A stretch of 49,487 nucleotides of DNA, counting the filler, from Stramenopiles sp. TOSAG23-3 (Eukaryota): the NCBI GenBank assembly GCA_900128585.1. It is 4 parts of 4 records of this genome, joined end to end, with 100 filler letters (N's around TTAATTAATTAA, not from the genome) between each part and the next. Parts side by side here need not be neighbours in the genome. Positions count along the whole stretch, not along the records: positions 22,701 to 45,296 come from LT642331.1; positions 45,397 to 47,392 come from LT645169.1; positions 47,493 to 49,487 come from LT645170.1; 1 more part is not named here. One strand, given 5' to 3'. A model generated the notes under the pieces. That model was given only the letters and a program-made list of their open reading frames with translations, was not told the origin of the DNA and did no database searches. A program made the position numbers and the translations under genes. This document shows, one piece after another, positions 43,806 to 49,487 of the stretch (positions within the stretch are counted from its first letter, which is position 1; each line of letters begins with the position of its first letter).

Positions 43806-44831
43806 ATGTCTGAATTTGTATTGAAGGAGAACCCTAACCGTCCAGGTGCACGGTCGGCAGCGCTTGGTGCCCAGGATGGTGACAAAAAGAAACCAAAGAA
43901 GAAGAACTCAAAGGGCAAGGGGGGAAAAGTAGTCGAGGATCCAAAGTTTCGATGCCGTTTTTATGAGGAAGAGTACCCAGAGACGGAGTCCGTTGTCGTC
44001 GTCCAGGTAAATGAGATCAAAACCATGGGGGCGTACGTCTCCTTGCTCGAGTACGATAATGTTGAGGGCATGGTCTTGCTCTCGGAACTTTCTAGGCGCC
44101 GCATCCGTTCGATCAACAAGATCATCCGGGTCGGGAAGACCGAGTGCGTTAGCGTGCTCCGCGTAGACCAAGAGAGGGGTTATATCGATCTGTCCAAGCG
44201 CAGGGCGTCCATTGAAGATGTAAAGAAGTGCAACGAGCGGTACAACAAGAGCAAAGCCGTCCATAGCATCATGAGGCACGTTGCGGAACACCTCGACATG
44301 AGTTTGTTGGAACTCAACCAAAAGATTACCTGGCCGCTCTACAAGGCGAAGGGCCACGCCTATGACGCGTTCAAGCTGGCGATCACGTCACAAGACATTT
44401 TTAACGGACTCGACATGAGCGATGACGTCAGAAAGGTGCTGATGGAAAACATCCAGCGCCGGTTGACGCCGCAGCCCATCAAGATCCGCGCCGACATCGA
44501 AGTCACATGCTTCAAATACGAAGGCGTCGACGCCGTCCGCACGGCCCTGCGCGAGGCCTACAAGTTTGGGACCACGGACCTGCCGTTCGAAGTCAACCTC
44601 ATCGCGCCCCCACTGTACGTCGTTCGCTCCCAGGCGCTCGACAAGGAGCAAGGGATAAAACGATGCAAGGAAGCCATCGAGGCCATTACGGCCAAGATCA
44701 AAGAGAAAGGGGGCACGTTGAACATTAAAATGGAGCCGCGGGCGACTACGAACAAGGACGAGGAAAAGTTGGAAGAATTAATGGAACAGATGGAATTGGA
44801 AAACGCAGAGTTCGATGGAGACGACGATTAA
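43806..44831 (+). CDS. EIF2S1: Eukaryotic translation initiation factor 2 subunit alpha
   Basis: CRFY, GAYVSLLEYDNVEGMVLLSELSRRRIRS (Ser51-equivalent site), GYIDLSKRR, RRLTPQPIKIRADIEVTCF, LIAPPLYV and an acidic tail. Confidence 0.98.
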   Translation: MSEFVLKENPNRPGARSAALGAQDGDKKKPKKKNSKGKGGKVVEDPKFRCRFYEEEYPETESVVVVQVNEIKTMGAYVSLLEYDNVEGMVLLSELSRRRIRSINKIIRVGKTECVSVLRVDQERGYIDLSKRRASIEDVKKCNERYNKSKAVHSIMRHVAEHLDMSLLELNQKITWPLYKAKGHAYDAFKLAITSQDIFNGLDMSDDVRKVLMENIQRRLTPQPIKIRADIEVTCFKYEGVDAVRTALREAYKFGTTDLPFEVNLIAPPLYVVRSQALDKEQGIKRCKEAIEAITAKIKEKGGTLNIKMEPRATTNKDEEKLEELMEQMELENAEFDGDDD

Positions 44832-45296
44832 TTTTTTTTTCTGTTTCTAAATATCCAATATATACATATATTATATGAGTATGGATCAAACCATTCGTAC
44901 GAACAAAGCATTCACAGCTCTCTTTCAACCCTCGCCTCAAAAACTAACAAAGTCGTCTGTCTGTTAAGGCACTTTTTGAATATGATATCATATCATATGA
45001 TTTCATATCATATGATACTTTTAAATGTAGTATTTTATGCTCTCCTAATAATCTTTCCTTCTTTTTCCATCGACAATGCTGTCCTTCGTTATTTATAAAA
45101 TTAAGGATTAACTTTTACAAGGGAACATTATTTAATTTATAATGATATATATTTATACAATTAAAAAACAAAGGAATATGGAAGATGAAATATTGAATAA
45201 AATTATTTAAATATCTTAAATTATCAAAAAGAGACAACTCCTCATATTCTTGCTATGCTATACCTTATTTTAATAGGCAAATACCATCGTGTACAT

Positions 45297-45396
45297 NNNN
45301 NNNNNNNNNNNNNNNNNNNNNNNNNNNNNNNNNNNNNNNNTTAATTAATTAANNNNNNNNNNNNNNNNNNNNNNNNNNNNNNNNNNNNNNNNNNNN
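45297..45396. other. Artificial contig linker
   Basis: 44 N + TTAATTAATTAA + 44 N. Confidence 0.97.
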
Positions 45397-45959
45397 ACGT
45401 CCTGGATTTTATTGTCACTGAGCCAGAGCTTCCTGAGATTAACGAGCTCTGCCAGTGGTCCCACGTCCACGATTTGATTATGTTCGAGGTGGAGCTCTGT
45501 GAGATTAACGAGCTCTGCCAGTGGTGTCACGTCCATGATATGATTTCCTTGGAGCCAGAGCACTGTGAGGTTGACGAGCGTTGCCAGTGGTCCCACGTTC
45601 ACGATTTTATTACTTACGAGGCTGAGCGTCTCCACCTTCAGCAACTCCTTATCCACCATCTCATGGAGCTCCGCCTTGGTGTTGTCCAGATCGAACAAAC
45701 CAGGTTTGCTTTGTTTGCATGTCTCCACAAGCTTCTTAGTAATGGTCACAGCACCACGAGCATCCTGTGAAAACAAGCCAACGCACGCCTCCTCAAAATT
45801 AAATATAGATTCTAAATCATATTTTGCGCCCTCGCAATGAAAAATCATCATCGCTTCTATCAACGTGTCGTTGGGTAGGTTGACTGAAACATCCTCCACA
45901 GCAGCAGCAGCGCCAGAGCTTCCCCCCGGCATGCTTTCGTCAACTCCGTCAACGGGCAT
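45397..45959 (-). CDS. Leucine-rich repeat protein (22-aa internalin/SDS22-like repeats), truncated at contig end
   Basis: LxxLxLxxNxIxDVxPLAxLVN units, about 3.5 copies (66-bp tandem). Confidence 0.8.
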
Positions 45960-46147
45960 GCGGACGAAGGGTAAAAAACATCTTTAAAAATGCTTCGTTT
46001 TAAGAAAGTGTTAGGTTTACGAAACTATCTTTGGAAACGTCTTAATCGGATACTTCATTCAATGGAACAATCTTTTCCTCCGCATCCTCCGTCTTCCCAG
46101 GCGCGACTTATTTGGTAGTTTATTGTAATATTATATAGGGGATTCTC

Positions 46148-46520
46148 CTAAGTAGCAAACATAAAATTAGCAATTTTCATCAGAGTCTTATCATCAGGGT
46201 CGCTCTCTAAATAAAGATGTAAAAAACGGATTGGAGCGTTGCCTTCTACCACAAATTTTACATGCTCCTTCATTCCTTCGTCCAGCGATGATTTTAGACA
46301 TCCACAGTAATGTACAATCATTTCTACCCATTCTTTATAGGTTTGATAGAGGCTGTCATAGATATAAGGAAGCAATACAATTCTAGTCCTTTGCACGAAC
46401 GTTAAAGTACAACAATCGGGACTGAGCTCGTCCATTCCCACAGTCTGCCCCTCTTCGATACTCTCAAACGGATTTTCTATGTGCTTCACCTTCTTTATTT
46501 TCTTTCTCGACAGAGGGTTA
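46148..46520 (-). CDS. Probable 3' part of an unknown gene
   Basis: Open frame with protein-like composition ending ...KIANFMFAT*. The nominal 5' end overlaps the antisense SMS-like fragment. Confidence 0.35.
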
Positions 46521-46802
46521 GCATGGCTCTTCGTACGCCGACATGCAACCTGGTACAAGTGGGTTGTTGGAATACTGGTTGACACCGTTATTGTATTCTT
46601 ACTACTACAACGATGGCACTACACCATGGATATATTGGTTGCAATTATAATTACATGGCTGATATTTGTATTCTATAAGCGTTATGAAAATGCAAAGGAT
46701 TGGTGGTACTTCCACAGCTTCATATTAGACGACAGGACTTCGAGAAACTTAAACCCGATTGAACCAGACCAATATGGTAGAAGTCAACGTTTACTTAAAT
46801 AA
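46515..46802 (+). pseudogene. C-terminal fragment of a sphingomyelin/IPC synthase-like (PAP2_C) membrane enzyme
   Basis: LLLQRWHYTMDILVAIII matches the RxHYTxDxxxA catalytic motif between TM helices. The upstream SGH motif is absent. Confidence 0.6.
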
Positions 46803-47014
46803 AATTTCCTACATACAGCCTCGTACTTGCAATGACATTTTAAATATATAAATATAATGTTATATAGTACCAAATGAACAGGAAAAATTCACATGATCAT
46901 CGTATAGAAGAGAGAGAGGTAGTAGATGATACACACCTGCTGGGTCTTATTGCATGGTTATTTGTTTTACTACAAATAGCATGGGCTACGACAAAATCGA
47001 TTTGTTGATTTACA

Positions 47015-47060
47015 CCACGATCCAGTTGATCCACGATCCAGTTGTCCACGAACCAGTTGA
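47015..47060 (+). repeat. Three-copy 15-16 bp minisatellite
   Basis: CCACGATCCAGTTGAT CCACGATCCAGTTGT CCACGAACCAGTTGA. Confidence 0.85.
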
Positions 47061-47392
47061 GTGTTCCGTAATTTCATATTTTTGTTACACCACATACCAC
47101 ATTTGGTAAATCCCTTATAAACATTCCACGTGGTCCATCTGAAAAAAAAAAAAAAAATAAAAAAAAACTCAATCTCTAGAATTGCGAACCGGACCGGGGT
47201 TCGTTGGCGGTTTTACCTTCTTTTTTCTTTTCTTTTTTGACTTAAAACATACTATATATAATTTGTTTTTATTTAATTAAGAAATTACTTAAATAACAGC
47301 CACATTATTTTGTTTTAGTTTTACAACTACAGGTCAAAAATTCCGTGAGCTTTACAGGAGGGGGCGATTTTTCAGTATTTAGTACAAAAGGC

Positions 47393-47492
47393 NNNNNNNN
47401 NNNNNNNNNNNNNNNNNNNNNNNNNNNNNNNNNNNNTTAATTAATTAANNNNNNNNNNNNNNNNNNNNNNNNNNNNNNNNNNNNNNNNNNNN
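47393..47492. other. Artificial contig linker
   Basis: 44 N + TTAATTAATTAA + 44 N. Confidence 0.97.
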
Positions 47493-47788
47493 TTTATATT
47501 CCATGTTTGTACCAACTGTTGGATACATGGCACTCGAATGAATATTTCTTCTAACAGATTCAGTTGTAAAACTAAGACAACAACTATTTCTACAACAGCA
47601 GCAATAAAAAAATCAACTGTAGCTACATCATAGCTCATAAACATCATTGCCGTACAAGTCAAAACAAATAAATTGTAGCCAAATTGTAATGAAAATGTCA
47701 AACTGGACCCAACACCAGTAAAGCTGAGCTTGGTCATTACCATAGCACAAATTTCTGAAATGATTACCCAATACATCACGTTTTTCAT
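47493..47788 (-). CDS. Fragment of a multi-pass membrane protein, truncated at contig end
   Basis: Three hydrophobic stretches. The frame is open into the linker. No family recognised. Confidence 0.4.
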
Positions 47789-48047
47789 ATAATAGTTGTT
47801 CTTTGTGTATAATATTTTTTATATAACTCTCTTTTCTCATGTATTATTCACGAATATATAATATGTAATTTGTTTGTCCATATTATTTGTATGAGCTTAA
47901 GTATTACAGTGGGCCTGGGCTAGCCCAGCTAGCCCAGCTATAATACAGTACGAGGATACAGCATATAGCCGCCAGGCGGCTAGAGCTACCGTAGCACCGT
48001 AGCTCTAGCATCTCCCAGATCTCGATTATTCATTATAAAGATTAGTA

Positions 48048-48989
48048 CTAGCTCTTATTCTGTATTATGTACTATACTTTGTCCGTTTTTTTTACACACA
48101 CACCTCAATATTCAAAGATTTTCACTAAAATTTCACACACACATACCTTTACCCCTCTATTTGATATACAAACATTAAAAACCTACATGCCACACATACA
48201 TATGGCGTTTCACAACCGTTTCATTTGAGCAATACCGATAGGGTTAGAAATAGGTTTTTTTGAATTATGTCAACATTTGTCCGTTTTTTTTATCTCAAGT
48301 GTATATATGTATATTTGGGTGTGTGTGAGTTAGGTAAATGTTTTTTAATGCATGTGAAGTAACAGAAAAGCACTTCGTTTGAATGAAACGGATATATATT
48401 GATGAAGTTATGTGTATTGCAAGTGTGTGTGTTTTTGTGTTTTCTGTATTTTTTCAGACCAAGAAAAATAGAAAACCATTGCAACCCTAATGTTAACACT
48501 TATTGTAGTATCTTGTAGTGTAAATTAATAATATTAGCCTATCACATCGCTTACCAGCACTCTAAGGCGGATATTTACAAGCAAAAAGTCGCTTATTCCA
48601 CACACACACATATACCTCATTTTTACACACTAAACATAAAATTTAAAGATATCTAGTTGTACATATATTAACTAGGCATGTATTGGGACATTATTATGTA
48701 CTTTCTGCAACAAATAATGCTGCAATTTGATTGGTAGAAAAAAAAAACGGACAATTTTGTATTCAAATTTGAATGAAACTGACAAAAGTTAAATTTTTGT
48801 ATGTCCTATTTTTCCATTTTTGACTTTTTTGGAAAAAAACAAATATCAAATTCAGAAAATTCACTTCGAGTAGATTATGATAATGGATTTTTTTATTAGA
48901 TATGAATAAATTTAACAGTTTCAAAATGGAAAAAACGGACAAAAGTTGACACAATTAATTCGATTGACACAATACGGAATAAGAGCTAG
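48048..48989. mobile_element. Non-autonomous TIR element (~940 bp)
   Basis: CTAGCTCTTATTCTGTATTATGT (48048-48070) vs the reverse complement of 48967-48989, CTAGCTCTTATTCCGTATTGTGT (2 mismatches). Internal TTGTCCGTTTTTT motifs on the left (~48079, ~48277) are mirrored by AAAAAACGGACAA on the right (~48742, ~48930). Confidence 0.7.
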
Positions 48990-49487
48990 CTTGAGCTATT
49001 AATAACGTTACAATATTATTATAACGTTAGCTACCAGGGCATCAGGCCTATAATCTAGTATGACCAATGACTGTAATTCTAGAATTATGACGAGACATAT
49101 TAGATTTTTCAAAAAAATATACTCATCTCATCGATAAGCCTCACGTCAGATTCGAGGTGCACACGTTAAGGTTTTACATTTGGCCATCTTAAAAAATTTT
49201 AAATAAACTCATACTTATTTTAAAATATATTATACCGTTCTCGGGTAGAAAAATATTATATTTTATTTTACACTTTTAAAATACACCATGTACATATATT
49301 CTTCCGGAAGCTTTTGCAACATAATCTATGTTGGTTTGATCATCAAAATTGCTTTCTTAATGCTATTTAATGCTATTGTATCTGATCGTGTCGTGTCATG
49401 TAATCTTTTTTTTTTTTGAACACGGCGCGCGAGGCCTGTCCCACGTTCGGTGCAAACATCTGTATCAAATGACACACATAATTACAT

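Noticed and set aside
44980..45017. ATATC/ATATG self-complementary run after eIF2-alpha
   Set aside because: Low-complexity pentamer slippage, with no evidence for a terminator role.

Overview
Eukaryotic, intron-poor genomic DNA, probably from a heterotrophic protist. A stramenopile-like origin is my inference and is not verified. The window is NOT contiguous: three artificial linkers (44 N + TTAATTAATTAA + 44 N) join four pieces (1-22600, 22701-45296, 45397-47392, 47493-49487). Piece 1 has a PP2A B''gamma-type regulatory subunit (one GT-AG intron), a small ubiquitin-like protein, TTC27/Emw1 and a Frizzled/Smoothened-like 7TM receptor with two cysteine-rich domains. These lie among transposon debris: a decayed Sola2-like DDD transposase, a dispersed modular repeat family sharing sequence with it, a TTAA-flanked Kolobok-like non-autonomous element and a 164-bp hairpin/MITE. 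Piece 2 is gene-dense with GC-rich intronless ORFs and AAG/TTC microsatellite spacers. It encodes a tandem [COPI-associated TM domain + EF-hand pair]x2 protein, a secreted orphan, a coiled-coil protein, a PH-domain formin with RG-rich FH1, a large Sfi1-like repeat protein, a coiled-coil RING protein and eIF2-alpha with an unusual Lys-rich N-terminal extension. Pieces 3 and 4 carry gene fragments (LRR, sphingomyelin-synthase-like C-terminus, membrane protein) and a ~940-bp TIR element. I found no prokaryotic systems, CRISPR, rRNA or tRNA. All family calls come from motif recognition by eye, not from database searches.
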